A model generated the notes under the pieces. That model made no database searches. It worked only from the letters and a program-made list of their open reading frames with translations, and had not been told where the DNA came from. Shown one piece after another: positions 50,270 to 60,305 of a stretch of 64,000 nt of DNA (positions are counted from its first letter, which is position 1; each line of letters begins with the position of its first letter). Both the position numbers and the translations under genes were made by a program. Source of the DNA: an uncultured Verrucomicrobiae bacterium (GTDB taxonomy: Bacteria; Verrucomicrobiota; Verrucomicrobiia; Chthoniobacterales; UBA10450). Location of the stretch: the NCBI GenBank assembly GCA_963756875.1, contig CAVWPA010000003.1:1632001-1696000 (forward strand). The letters run 5' to 3'.

Positions 50270-50342
50270 TGCACCGTGTTGGAATCGAACCAACAACCCA
50301 GTGATTAAGAGTCACTTGCTCTGCCAATTGAGCTAACGGTGC
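50270..50342 (-). tRNA. tRNA-Lys (CTT), CCA not encoded
   Basis: GCACCGTTAGCTCAATTGGCAGAGCAAGTGACTCTTAATCACTGGGTTGTTGGTTCGATTCCAACACGGTGCA. Confidence 0.96.
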
Positions 50343-50350
50343 ATGATCAA

Positions 50351-50388
50351 TTGCGGATTTCAGATCGCGGATTGCGGATTGCGGATTG
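50351..50388. repeat. 7-bp tandem repeat (TTGCGGA-like)
   Basis: ttgcgga tttcaga tcgcgga ttgcgga ttgcgga ttg. Confidence 0.75.
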
Positions 50389-50442
50389 GGACACTGCCAG
50401 GAAAGTCTGGCTGCAACTGCCCGGATTCGCAAACTTTCAAAC

Positions 50443-50616
50443 CTACGCTTGCGTGTGGCGCGCGTAGTGCAGCTCGACGCCTTTTGGCAAAAGTCGCTTC
50501 CGGCCGCGTTGACGCCGGCGCGCAAGAGTGGCTCGGCCGCCCTTGGTTTTCATTCGCGCACGGAACCCGTGCTGGCGTTTGCGCGTGCGTTTCGATGGCT
50601 GATAGGTGCGTTTCAT
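50443..50616 (-). CDS. rpmH: 50S ribosomal protein L34 (57 aa; missed by the ORF track)
   Basis: [42 protein letters not shown]. Confidence 0.97.
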   Translation of the reverse strand: MKRTYQPSKRTRKRQHGFRARMKTKGGRATLARRRQRGRKRLLPKGVELHYARHTQA

Positions 50617-50655
50617 AGGCCTGGAAACCGAATTCGGTGCGGTTTTGGAGCGGTT

Positions 50656-50683
50656 ACAGTAGGGATGAGCAAAGCGTTGTCAA
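50656..50683 (-). promoter_or_regulatory. Sigma70-type promoter for rpmH/tRNA-Lys
   Basis: TTGACA-N16-TACTGT on the minus strand, 40 bp upstream of the rpmH ATG. Confidence 0.6.
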
Positions 50684-50747
50684 TTTTCCATGGCTGGGCG
50701 ACTGTTGATCTTCGAATTGCCACTGGTCGCCGTTTTTGAGATAACAA

Positions 50748-51245
50748 ATGCCGACGATGAGCGAAACAATCGTGATCGAGCCCGCAACCGAGATGGACTT
50801 GGACGAACTGTCCGAGATGCTCGGAGGCTTGTTCTCTCAGGAAAGCGATTTTCGCCCGGACAAAGAGAAGCAGCTCCGGGGCTTGCGGTTAATTTTCGAG
50901 CAGCCAAGCCGTGGTCGTGTCTTCGTTCTACGGCGAGACGGCGTAATTGTCGGCATGATCAATTTGCTTTTCACCATTAGCACGGCCGAGGGCGGCTTTG
51001 TCATTCTGCTCGAAGATCTGGTCGTTCATCAGCAGTTTCAGGGGCACGGCTACGGGTCGAAACTCCTCAAGCACGCCATTGAGTTCGCGAAGCAAAAGAA
51101 TTTTCTTCGCATTACTTTATTGACGGACCGGCCCGAAAACCTGGCGCAGGAATTCTTCCGGCGTCACGGCTTTGTTGAATCTTCAATGATCCCGATGCGG
51201 CTGTTGATTACGCCGGAAGGCGGGCAGCCTCAGGCAGGCTCATAG
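50748..51245 (+). CDS. GNAT N-acetyltransferase
   Basis: LEDLVVHQQFQGHGYGSKLL, AQEFFRRHGF. Confidence 0.9.
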   Translation: MPTMSETIVIEPATEMDLDELSEMLGGLFSQESDFRPDKEKQLRGLRLIFEQPSRGRVFVLRRDGVIVGMINLLFTISTAEGGFVILLEDLVVHQQFQGHGYGSKLLKHAIEFAKQKNFLRITLLTDRPENLAQEFFRRHGFVESSMIPMRLLITPEGGQPQAGS

Positions 51246-51288
51246 CGTCCAAGCGGGGCGTGGCTACAGTATTATGAGAGCGCGACGT

Positions 51289-53952
51289 CTACTTCTTGTT
51301 GGCCGCATGCCCGTCCGTCCGGGCTATCACTTGCGAGGCGAGCCGGCGCTTGAATTCGGCGCGAAATTCCACTTCGTCCACCGCTTTGGCCACATCTTTC
51401 GCGCTCGTAGCCGGCAGATGAGCCTTTGCGTAGGTCTTTAGTTCGCTGGCGCGTGCCGGGTCGGAAAAGAAAACGAACAAGCCTGGCGCGTAACGGTCTG
51501 CGCCGACGGCGTCAGTCTTTGCCAGCAACGCTTTCATGTTCGCCTGCGCGAATTTCCACGCTAACTCGGGATGTTCGCTGTCTCGAGCAACTTTGCCGAC
51601 AACAAACAACGCGCGGCTGGTAGGCAGTTCGTCCGTCAGCGAGATCGGCAGAGTTTTTGCAATAAGTTTGGGGTCCCGGGCTGCTGCGAGCGCGTCATAA
51701 TAATTCTGTTTTTCTTCGCTGCTGGTGGTTTTCAAACCGAGCTCGCGCAAGGCTTCCCAGGTTGCTTCATCCGCATTGTGCCCAACAACCCATAAAACCG
51801 ACGCCCGCAAATCGGGGACGAGCGAGGTCGGATCAACAACGAACTTTTCAAATCGTTCCTTACAGCCGCTGACGATATTGTGATCGTCCAGATCGCCCAG
51901 GGCGGTAATCAAGCTGGCGCGCAGGAGGGCCGCGCGTGGAGTTTCATCCCGCTTCGGCTCCCATCCGAGCTGATCAAAGCTTGGGCGCAAAACGGAACGC
52001 GCGTACGTTTGGAATTTTTCGCGAGCTGGATTCCCAATCAGCAGCCGATTAATGTAATCGAACACGTTAATAATTTGCTCGCGCTCTGCGAGCTCATTCC
52101 CGGCGGGTAATTTTGCCACGAGTCCGAGATACGTTGCGAGCGAGAGACGGTTCGCCTGAACAAGGGCCCAAACGTCTCCCAGAAGATTGACACGGTCCGC
52201 TACGCTTAAGTTCGGCAGCGCGTCGAGTAGTAATTTCCAGGAAGCTTGATCGTATTGAACACGATAATTTCCTGCGCCGTCGACATTCAGTTTTAATGCG
52301 CGATCCGACGGGATTTCAGTAAGAGTGTCGGTCTTGGCGGTCATCAGACGGCTTTGCGGTTGGCCGTCGCCAACCACGAAATAGGTGAGGGGGATCTTCC
52401 ATTGCAAAGCAGGCGCGTTCGGAAAATGCACCGTGAACCTTTCCTGCGAGAGCGAAACGTCCTTGCCGTGGCGCTTGACTTTTACCAATGGAAATCCGGG
52501 CTGTTGCGTCCAGCCGGTAGCGATATCAGCGACCGGCTTTCCCGAGGCGGCAGCCAGGGCGTCCCACAGGTCTGCTGTTGTCGTGTTTGAGTATTTGTGC
52601 GCGGCTATGTAGCGCCGGATGCCGTCGCGGAAGGTGTCTTCGCCGAGAAAACTCTCCAACATGAGCAGGAATGCCTGGCCTTTGCGATAGGTGATGTCGT
52701 CGAAAGCGCTGTTTGCCTCCGCCTCGTTTGCCACCGGTTGCTGAATCGGGTGGGTCGTCGATCTGGCATCGCCTTCCATTTCCAATTCCTTGGAAATTCC
52801 GGTCCGCCGTGTCGGGTCGCGGGGAATGTTCTTCTGGAGCCAGACTTCCCATTGCGGATTGAAGTGTGCCGTGCACTTGGTGCCCATCCACGATGCGAAG
52901 CCTTCGTTGAGCCAAAGGTTGTCCCACCAGGCCATGGTCACCAGGTCGCCGAACCATTGGTGCGCGGTTTCGTGCGCGATCACTTCAAAAATGCGTTGGC
53001 GCGTCGCCGCGGAAGACTTTTCCGGATCGAAAAGCAATGCCGATTCGAAGTAGGTAATGCCGCCCCAGTTTTCCATCGCGCCGCCGAATCCGCCCGGAAT
53101 GGCGATTTGATCCAGCTTCGGAAGCGGATAAGGGACGCCAAAGTAATCGTTGTAATATTTCAGGATTTGAGCGGTGCTTTCGAGCGCGTAATGGCCCGAC
53201 TCGGCTTTGCCCTTGGTAGCGATGACGCGAATCTGTGTGCCGGCCGCTTTCTTTTCGATCAAATCCAGCTCACCAGCGACGAGAACGTTTAAGTAACTCG
53301 CCATCGACGGGGTCATGGCAAAGCGCACTTCTTTTCCATGCTCGGTCTTCTTCTCGGATTCGACCGGCATATTTGAAATGGCGGTCCAGTTTTCAGGGAC
53401 TACGGCGGTCAGCTGAAAGCGCGCGCGAAAACTCGGTTCGTCCCAGCATGGGAAAAATCGGCGCGCATCCGTCGCCTCGAACTGAGTGCCAAGCGCGATC
53501 TTCCTGACCCCGGTCGTCTGGTCCTGGTAATGCATGTAGAATAGACCGCGTCCCTGCTCATTGATTTTTCCGGAAAAATCGAGCGCGAGAGTATGGGCGC
53601 CGGCCGAAAGGGGAGCGGCGAGCGAGATCGTGAGAAGCTCGCGTTTGTTATCGCTTTTAATGGCGCTTTTGGAGACCGGCTTGCCATCGACGGATGCATT
53701 TGCGATCTCGATCTCGCAGGCATTTAGCACCAGATTCCGAACTGGAGCGTGTGCATCGAGCTGGACATTCTCCGTTCCAGTGAAGGTCAGCTTCTCGATG
53801 TCGGGCACCACCCTGACCGAATATTCCACCGGCACGACTTGTTTCGGCAACTTTCCCGGCGTTTTCTCGAAGTTAAACGGTTTCTCTGCTCGCATGTTTG
53901 CCGGGACGATAAGGAAAATAAGCGAAAGAGAAAAAAGATTTAGAAAACGCAC
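51289..53952 (-). CDS. pepN: M1-family aminopeptidase with ERAP1-like C-terminus, secreted
   Basis: TQFE, FPCWDEP, GAMENWG, HETAHQWFG...WLNEGFA. Confidence 0.93.
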   Translation of the reverse strand: MRFLNLFSLSLIFLIVPANMRAEKPFNFEKTPGKLPKQVVPVEYSVRVVPDIEKLTFTGTENVQLDAHAPVRNLVLNACEIEIANASVDGKPVSKSAIKSDNKRELLTISLAAPLSAGAHTLALDFSGKINEQGRGLFYMHYQDQTTGVRKIALGTQFEATDARRFFPCWDEPSFRARFQLTAVVPENWTAISNMPVESEKKTEHGKEVRFAMTPSMASYLNVLVAGELDLIEKKAAGTQIRVIATKGKAESGHYALESTAQILKYYNDYFGVPYPLPKLDQIAIPGGFGGAMENWGGITYFESALLFDPEKSSAATRQRIFEVIAHETAHQWFGDLVTMAWWDNLWLNEGFASWMGTKCTAHFNPQWEVWLQKNIPRDPTRRTGISKELEMEGDARSTTHPIQQPVANEAEANSAFDDITYRKGQAFLLMLESFLGEDTFRDGIRRYIAAHKYSNTTTADLWDALAAASGKPVADIATGWTQQPGFPLVKVKRHGKDVSLSQERFTVHFPNAPALQWKIPLTYFVVGDGQPQSRLMTAKTDTLTEIPSDRALKLNVDGAGNYRVQYDQASWKLLLDALPNLSVADRVNLLGDVWALVQANRLSLATYLGLVAKLPAGNELAEREQIINVFDYINRLLIGNPAREKFQTYARSVLRPSFDQLGWEPKRDETPRAALLRASLITALGDLDDHNIVSGCKERFEKFVVDPTSLVPDLRASVLWVVGHNADEATWEALRELGLKTTSSEEKQNYYDALAAARDPKLIAKTLPISLTDELPTSRALFVVGKVARDSEHPELAWKFAQANMKALLAKTDAVGADRYAPGLFVFFSDPARASELKTYAKAHLPATSAKDVAKAVDEVEFRAEFKRRLASQVIARTDGHAANKK

Positions 53953-54081
53953 GCGTCCATTAAACAGTGTGTGTGGAATTTTGCAGCCGGAAAAGGATTC
54001 CCTTTTTGCATCACGCAGATTCTGTAGAGGCCGCCGAAGCGGACGCAGCAGCGCGACGTCTCTACCACGACCCCGGCGCGG

Positions 54082-54636
54082 TTAAGGCAGGAGATCTCGA
54101 ATCGCGCGGGACATGTGGTGCCAGGCATCGGCAAAGTCGTGGGTTTCATGGCGCGCATGACGATGGCGGCTCGAAGCCCCTGCGCTTTTCCCGCCATCGA
54201 TCATGAGCACGAGCAATAACTGACCGTCGCCGATGAGTGGTCCTTTGATCACGAGAGGGCTTTGTTTGCCGAGCTTTGTGTCCCACTCCAGAAGAAGTTC
54301 GTTTTTCTTGTAAAGCTTGAGATTCAACAGGTAGCCGGACTTCTCCTCGCCGCGCGCATCGACATGCAAGGAAAAGTACTTGCTCGATGCCAGCCAGTCT
54401 TCTTCACCTGTTTTTAATCTTTTCCGAGATTGGCCGATGATCTGGAACTGATTGTAACCAAACAGGTCCTTTAGCGTTTGCTCGATGGGAACGAGCTCCG
54501 GCGGGACTGGTGCGGGATGCTCAACATTGTGAGCAATGATCAAGCCGCTCCAAACGCTTTGCGCGGCCCTGGCGGCAGGCGCCACGTTCACCGCTAACGC
54601 GAGCAGAGCAGTGACGTAGAGAGCGCCATTTCGCAT
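54082..54636 (-). CDS. Secreted hypothetical protein in the ECF operon
   Basis: Signal peptide ending ARA; 6 bp downstream of the anti-sigma gene. Confidence 0.7.
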   Translation of the reverse strand: MRNGALYVTALLALAVNVAPAARAAQSVWSGLIIAHNVEHPAPVPPELVPIEQTLKDLFGYNQFQIIGQSRKRLKTGEEDWLASSKYFSLHVDARGEEKSGYLLNLKLYKKNELLLEWDTKLGKQSPLVIKGPLIGDGQLLLVLMIDGGKSAGASSRHRHARHETHDFADAWHHMSRAIRDLLP

Positions 54637-54642
54637 GGGGCG

Positions 54643-55155
54643 TTATTTTGCTGCGTAATCGGCAGGCAACGACTGCAATCCCTCGACCCACAGCACGGTA
54701 ACCTTGTCGTTCTTTGTCTCGAACACCGTCGTTGTGGCATTTGGACTGACGACCGGGTCCACTTTGGCGTTGAGAATCTGCGTAAGATATGGCGATGGCT
54801 TGTCAGGGGCTGCCTCGCGCATCACGAAAAACGTGAAGACGGCAAAAATGGCGAGGGAAGTCGCACCGGCCCAGGCCATTCTGGGAAGGCTCCACCATCT
54901 TGCTCTTCCCGCTGGTCGACCCTGCGCGGCAGTGGCGCAAGCGATGCGTTCGTGCAGTTGATGACTAAAAAATTCTTCATTCTGCAGCACCTGCGCGCCC
55001 AGTTCCTTCTTCAACAATGCGCCAAGCTTCTGCGCATCCCGCTTCTCAGCGTCAGCCGCAGCCTTGTCCTGCATCGAAGCCTCAAACTCGATGAGTTCCT
55101 TGCCTGCTAACTGGCCGTCCAGCCAGGCAGTCCACTTTTCTTCAAACGTTTTCAT
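54643..55155 (-). CDS. Anti-sigma factor (single TM)
   Basis: AWLDGQL N-terminus, TM helix, overlaps the sigma gene. Confidence 0.8.
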   Translation of the reverse strand: MKTFEEKWTAWLDGQLAGKELIEFEASMQDKAAADAEKRDAQKLGALLKKELGAQVLQNEEFFSHQLHERIACATAAQGRPAGRARWWSLPRMAWAGATSLAIFAVFTFFVMREAAPDKPSPYLTQILNAKVDPVVSPNATTTVFETKNDKVTVLWVEGLQSLPADYAAK

Positions 55156-55753
55156 AAACGTCTCTCAGTAGATTTTGTAATTTCTTCCGAGCATAAAAAA
55201 GGCGCGACATCACGGTGCCAATCGAGCAATCGAGGGTCTCCGCAATCTCGTGATATTGCATTCCCTCGATTTCCTTCATCAGGATGACTGCGCGGTGCTC
55301 GGGCGACAGTTGTGAAATTGCCTGGTCGATCCGAGCCCGGATTTCAGCTCGTTCCATGTGCTGATGGGGCAGGGGGTCGTCCTTTGGAACGGTCCGGGAA
55401 GCCGGATCGATTTCCGTTAATTGGATGGCATCGTCAAACTCAGTGCCCGCACCTTTCACCTGTTTCTTTCGCAACCAATCGATCGTCACGTTCATCACGA
55501 TCCGGTAAATCCAGGTGTAAAAAGAAGAACGTCCGCGGAAACGTTTGATCGACTTCCAGGCTTTGACAAAACTCTCCTGCGCCAGGTCCCAGGCGTCCTG
55601 CTCGTTATGGACCATATTATAAATCATGGCGAAAACTCGGGTTCGGTAGCGGACTACGAGCTCGTCGAATGCCTCAGTCTGGCCGGCCTTACATCGCCTC
55701 ACCAATTCCAGCTCTGGTACATCGGGTTGAGCCAGAGTCGCTTCCGTTTGCAT
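55142..55753 (-). CDS. ECF RNA polymerase sigma factor (RpoE-like); start probably near 55713
   Basis: DAWDLAQESF, FYTWIYRI, EIAETLDCSIGTVMSRLFYAR. Confidence 0.93.
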   Translation of the reverse strand: MQTEATLAQPDVPELELVRRCKAGQTEAFDELVVRYRTRVFAMIYNMVHNEQDAWDLAQESFVKAWKSIKRFRGRSSFYTWIYRIVMNVTIDWLRKKQVKGAGTEFDDAIQLTEIDPASRTVPKDDPLPHQHMERAEIRARIDQAISQLSPEHRAVILMKEIEGMQYHEIAETLDCSIGTVMSRLFYARKKLQNLLRDVYENV

Positions 55754-56460
55754 AATTGGACGGAATCGACAGCGATTTCATTCAACTCCGGAAACCGCCG
55801 GAGCCGAAGCGGCGTCGCCATTCGCCGCGATATTCTCCCATCAGCGAGATGATGCCATCTCGGACCTGAAAAAGGCGTTGCTGGAGGGTGGAGTACCTGG
55901 GCGATGACGATCAGCTTGTCGGAGAGGAGTTTAGCGGCAGCGTCCATAGATACCGTAATCGCCTTCAAGGCCCGTTTTAAATACGCGATCGTCATTCCGA
56001 TCTCATCGACATCGTCGTCGCTTAACGCAGCGGCCAGTTTTGCGCTGGCCAGCGCGGCATGAGTAGCCAACTTGACCGCCGACGGCTCATTTTGCAGCGA
56101 CGGATCCTGGTCGAAGAGCTTGTCGATCCACACCGTGAGGGCAAAAGCCGAACGATAAAGATTATGGTCTTCGAAAGTCGAAGTCACCCAGTTCTTTTGC
56201 TCCTCGTCAGCCGATTCGTCTTCATCATTCGAGCGCCAGTCTTCCTTCATCAAGGCATCGACTTCTTCGCTCCAGTCCTTGCTATCGGTTACCTGGGACC
56301 AACCCATTTCGCGGGCGATGATTTCGTCCCGCTGCGGATCGTCCAGATATTTTTCCAGCAGCTCCATGTATTTCTCCGTCTTCTGGTCCTGCTGTTGGAG
56401 AAAGCGCTCCCAATCGTATTCGTCCCACACTTTTTCGGGATCGCGATCGAAGTCGGGCAT
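55699..56460 (-). CDS. Acidic hypothetical protein; C-terminus probably frameshifted near 55890
   Basis: WDEYDWERFL, IAYLKRALKA; the tail composition changes abruptly and overlaps the sigma gene. Confidence 0.7.
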   Translation of the reverse strand: MPDFDRDPEKVWDEYDWERFLQQQDQKTEKYMELLEKYLDDPQRDEIIAREMGWSQVTDSKDWSEEVDALMKEDWRSNDEDESADEEQKNWVTSTFEDHNLYRSAFALTVWIDKLFDQDPSLQNEPSAVKLATHAALASAKLAAALSDDDVDEIGMTIAYLKRALKAITVSMDAAAKLLSDKLIVIAQVLHPPATPFSGPRWHHLADGRISRRMATPLRLRRFPELNEIAVDSVQLCKRKRLWLNPMYQSWNW

Positions 56461-56673
56461 AACCCGACTAAAGGCAACTTCTCCGTGCGCGCAAAAGGTT
56501 TTGTCTTGTATTGTAGCGGCGGTCTATGACCGTCGATCTTTCCGACGCATGGCGTCGGGATTTCGAATTTGCAGGTGGCGTCTAGCCGATTCCCGCGCTC
56601 ACAGAGGTCTCCTGTAGCCACCGCCCTGTGGGCGGTTTTCCAGCGCGTTGAATGACGGCCCACAGGGCCGTGG

Positions 56674-57756
56674 CTACAGCGCACGCGCTTCTTCGCGCTT
56701 GGTTTGTAATCGCAATTGGCCGCAGGCGGCATCGATATCGTGCCCTTTTTCGCGGCGAAGCGTGGCTGGAACTTTGCCTGCGCGCAGGATCGACAGGAAT
56801 TTTTCCTGGCGATTTCGCGAGGGACGCGTCCATGGCAGACCGTGCACGGTGTTGTAGGGAATCAAATTTACCTTTGCCGAGAGCCGCCGCGCATGTCTCG
56901 CGAGCAGATGCGCCTGATCGTCGGAATCGTTTACGCCTTCGATCAAAATGTATTCGAAGGTAAGCCGCTGCTTCTTTTTGCTGTTGAAATACCCGCACGC
57001 CGCAAACAACGTATCGAGATTGTAGCGTCGGTTGACCGGCATGATCTGATTGCGTACTGCGTCGGTTGCGCCATGAAGCGAAACTGCGAGGCGGATTTGG
57101 AGTGGTTGATCGGCGAGCTTGCGAATCTGTGGCACGAGGCCACTGGTGGAGACCGTAATGTGCCGGGCGCCAATGCCCAGTCCCCATGGTGCGTTGATAA
57201 TGCAAATCGCACGAATCAGGTTGTCGAAATTGGCGAGTGGCTCACCCATTCCCATGAAAACGATGTTGTCGATCTTCTCCTCGCACTCTCGTTCGACCGC
57301 GATAATCTGATCGACAATTTCGTTCGCGCGCAGGTTGCGTATGAATCCTTCCAGGCCGCTTGCGCAAAATTTGCAGCCATAAGCGCAGCCTACCTGGGTT
57401 GAGACGCAAATGGTGCGGCGATCCGATTTTTCTCCGTAAAGCGCCGGGGAGGCCGGGATCAAGACTGATTCGATCAGATTTCCGTCGCCGAGCCTGAAGA
57501 GAAACTTGCGCGTTGTGTCTCGCGACCCCAGGACGCGAACGACATCGATTTTGGTGAAGGGAAATTCGTGGGCGAGCCGTAGACGCAAATCGCGCGATAG
57601 ATCGCTCATTTCGTCAAACGATTTTGCCCGTTTGCGATAAAGCCAGTCCGTGATTTGGCGGGCGCGATAAGCCGGCTCGCCGAGTTTGTGAAGCGTTTTC
57701 TGCAATTCATCAAACTCCAGAGACTTGATGTCGGTCTTTTCCGGTCTCGTCGCCAC
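56674..57756 (-). CDS. rlmN: Dual-specificity RNA methyltransferase RlmN
   Basis: CVSTQVGCAYGCKFC, MGMGEP, IDAACGQL. Confidence 0.96.
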   Translation of the reverse strand: MATRPEKTDIKSLEFDELQKTLHKLGEPAYRARQITDWLYRKRAKSFDEMSDLSRDLRLRLAHEFPFTKIDVVRVLGSRDTTRKFLFRLGDGNLIESVLIPASPALYGEKSDRRTICVSTQVGCAYGCKFCASGLEGFIRNLRANEIVDQIIAVERECEEKIDNIVFMGMGEPLANFDNLIRAICIINAPWGLGIGARHITVSTSGLVPQIRKLADQPLQIRLAVSLHGATDAVRNQIMPVNRRYNLDTLFAACGYFNSKKKQRLTFEYILIEGVNDSDDQAHLLARHARRLSAKVNLIPYNTVHGLPWTRPSRNRQEKFLSILRAGKVPATLRREKGHDIDAACGQLRLQTKREEARAL

Positions 57757-57982
57757 GCTGCAGCTTAGGGGCGCGGCGGTCCTGCTTCAAACGTGCGGCT
57801 ACTCAGCTTGGGAGGGATGGGCGCAAAGCCCCCCCACCCGGCGCTTTGCGTCGAGGAAGAGGATCGAGGTGAGGGCTGGCTATCCAAGATTGCAACTGAA
57901 GATTGACCGACACGACCCAAACCCGCACCGGCACTGGTTTTTCAGTGGAGAAATGCCAAATGATGATTACCTTTGGCGAACG

Positions 57983-58171
57983 ATGAGACATCTTCTTGTC
58001 CGTGTTATTTTGCTTGCTGCCTTTGCAGTTCTCCTTGGAGCCTGCGCTTCGACGGAATCAGGAACCGTCACCGAGGATTCGGCTGGAACTGTTCCCGGGG
58101 AAAGGGCTGGGGAAGGCACTATAACGCCTGGCATGTCTGCGACCGGTCCAAGCGCGAGCGTTGGCTGGTAG
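57983..58171 (+). CDS. Small lipoprotein
   Basis: MRHLLVRVILLAAFAVLLGAC lipobox. Confidence 0.75.
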   Translation: MRHLLVRVILLAAFAVLLGACASTESGTVTEDSAGTVPGERAGEGTITPGMSATGPSASVGW

Positions 58172-58261
58172 TTCGAAGACGGCGGCGTTCCTGCTTTCGT
58201 CCCGCGCGGGCGCGCCAATTTCTGCTTGATCGCCCGGTAAGACCGGGAACTATCTGCGCCG

Positions 58262-59002
58262 ATGCAAAAATCGCGGACGCCGCTCATGATTGGCTGGGAA
58301 GCAGCGCGCGCGAACGCCGCGCCCGCCCTGATTATTCAGGCGGCGATGCTGGGACTGCTGGTCGCATTCTACGCGAGTCCTGCAGCTTCGGATGCGCTGA
58401 ACAGATTGGCTGAATTGAAGCGCACGCTCGGCTGGCCGTTTGTATTCCTGGCATCGATCACGGCCGGTGCGCTCATCCCCGAGATTTTTCTGATTTTGTT
58501 TTTCCAGAGTGGGAAGCCCGGACTGCAAAATCTCCGAAACCTGATGTTTACGATTCCGATTTGGGGCTTTGACGGGACGCTTGTCGATCTGTTGTACCGC
58601 GGCGAAGCGGCCTTATTGGGCGATGTCGTGACCTTGCCGGTGGTGGTTGCAAAAATCTGTATCGATCAGTTCGGTTACAACGTCCTTTTCGCCGCGCCCT
58701 TTGGCGTGCTTGCTTACGAATGGAAAAACAGCGGAATTTCCACACGCCCCGTGCGCGACCTTTTTACCTGGCAACATTACCGCGACAAAATCGTCCCGAC
58801 ATTGCTCGCGACGTGGGCGGTTTGGATTCCGCTCATGGCGATCATTTATTCTCTGCCTCTGGTCCTCCAATTTGTGCTCTTCGGGCTCGCGCTCTCGTTT
58901 TGGGTCCTCCTTTTGACCTACATGACGAACCGATTTGCGGGAAAAGTCGAAGCCGATGCGCCGCTGGCGCCGGCGACCACGGATTGTAGCGGCGGTCTAT
59001 GA
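58262..59002 (+). CDS. Integral membrane protein (Mpv17/PMP22-like)
   Basis: Several TM helices; KICIDQ, WAVWIP. Confidence 0.7.
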   Translation: MQKSRTPLMIGWEAARANAAPALIIQAAMLGLLVAFYASPAASDALNRLAELKRTLGWPFVFLASITAGALIPEIFLILFFQSGKPGLQNLRNLMFTIPIWGFDGTLVDLLYRGEAALLGDVVTLPVVVAKICIDQFGYNVLFAAPFGVLAYEWKNSGISTRPVRDLFTWQHYRDKIVPTLLATWAVWIPLMAIIYSLPLVLQFVLFGLALSFWVLLLTYMTNRFAGKVEADAPLAPATTDCSGGL

Positions 59003-59071
59003 CCGTCGGATGAAATTAAGTGCGAGGCTCATCCGCCTCCGTCAGAATACGGCGCGACAGGTAGAGCGCCG

Positions 59072-59848
59072 CTACAGGAGAAAGTGTCTCAGCGATTCAT
59101 GAACACCTGCGCCGTGTTCGCGTTCGGCAACGTAACCACCGGCGTCACGAACGGCTTCTTTCACTTCAGGAATTGCGTTGCCCGGGCATGACGGCATCGC
59201 TGCCGATTTTCCATTTAACATGGAGATATCGTTGTGATGATCGCCGGCGGCGAAAATGTTTTCGCGCGGGATGTCGATCAGGCGCGCGAGCTCGCCCAAA
59301 GCGGCGCCTTTGTGGTAATCCGAGTGACAAAATCGAAGGTAAACCGTGTTGCGCTGGTAATTGAACTTGGGATGCTTCACGCGCGCCTGCTCAATGAATT
59401 CAGTAATCCGCTTCATCTCTTCGTCGTTTTCGGCGATCAGACCTTCCAGACCCGCGGAATGATAAATCAGACGCGCCTTTGTCTCTTGCGTCACGAAGTC
59501 GACCACCTCCGCGAGAACAGATTGAGCGGAGTGAAAAAGAGCAGTGTGCTCGCGCTCGCACCGCTCATTCCAATCGCCGAAAGGCTCCCACTTTTCGCCA
59601 TTTTCGCCGGGCCGGAAAACATGTCGCTCGCTGGTGAGAATGAAATCAGGGTGAATCGGAAACGAAAAATCGCTCAGGCCGGATTCGAGAAGATCGACCG
59701 AACGGCCGGTATTGATGGCGAAGAGAGCGCCGTCGCGCTGCAATTCGCCAATGAACTCCAGGCAAGGCGCGTTCAGCACCGGCTCGCTCACGCGCGAAAC
59801 GAGGGTGCCGTCAAAATCGATGCTGAGAAGCCGGATGTTTGTGGACAT
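59072..59848 (-). CDS. HAD-superfamily (Cof/IIB) hydrolase
   Basis: DFDGTL, TGR, KG.AL, GDHHNDISM. Confidence 0.92.
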   Translation of the reverse strand: MSTNIRLLSIDFDGTLVSRVSEPVLNAPCLEFIGELQRDGALFAINTGRSVDLLESGLSDFSFPIHPDFILTSERHVFRPGENGEKWEPFGDWNERCEREHTALFHSAQSVLAEVVDFVTQETKARLIYHSAGLEGLIAENDEEMKRITEFIEQARVKHPKFNYQRNTVYLRFCHSDYHKGAALGELARLIDIPRENIFAAGDHHNDISMLNGKSAAMPSCPGNAIPEVKEAVRDAGGYVAEREHGAGVHESLRHFLL

Positions 59849-60014
59849 CGAACTGGCTAATTTAGAAATCCATCGGGTGAATGCAATGGTAGGGATGCCG
59901 CGCTGCGGCGTCCGGACAGCGCAGCGCGCTGTCCCTACCAGCGCCTCCCGGCGCTAGATGGAAATCATGAGCGCCTGGACAAGGCAGGACGCCGTTTCTA
60001 CCTTAACGTTGAGA

Positions 60015-60305
60015 ATGAAATCGGCTTATGAACTGGCGATGGAGCGGTTGCAGAAGAACCAGCCGAGCGTTGCGTTGACGGAAGAACAGAAAAAGCAGCT
60101 CGCGGAGATTGATTCCACGTTCAAGGCAAAGATCGCGGAACGGGAGCTTTTTCTGAAGGACGAAATCCGAAAGGCGCAGGTTGGTGGTAAATTGGAGGAG
60201 ACGGAAGCGTTGGAAAAACAGCTCGTCTCGGAGATTCGCCGATTAAACGGAGATTGCGAGGCGAAGAAGGAGAAGGTAAGGGCGAATTTCGGGAAGAAAT
60301 TGTAG
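60015..60305 (+). CDS. Small coiled-coil hypothetical protein
   Basis: MKSAYELAMERL...KIAERE. Confidence 0.75.
   Translation: MKSAYELAMERLQKNQPSVALTEEQKKQLAEIDSTFKAKIAERELFLKDEIRKAQVGGKLEETEALEKQLVSEIRRLNGDCEAKKEKVRANFGKKL

Noticed and set aside
50225..50350. tRNA-anchored genomic island or prophage att site
   Set aside because: No integrase and no duplicated tRNA 3' end seen in the window.
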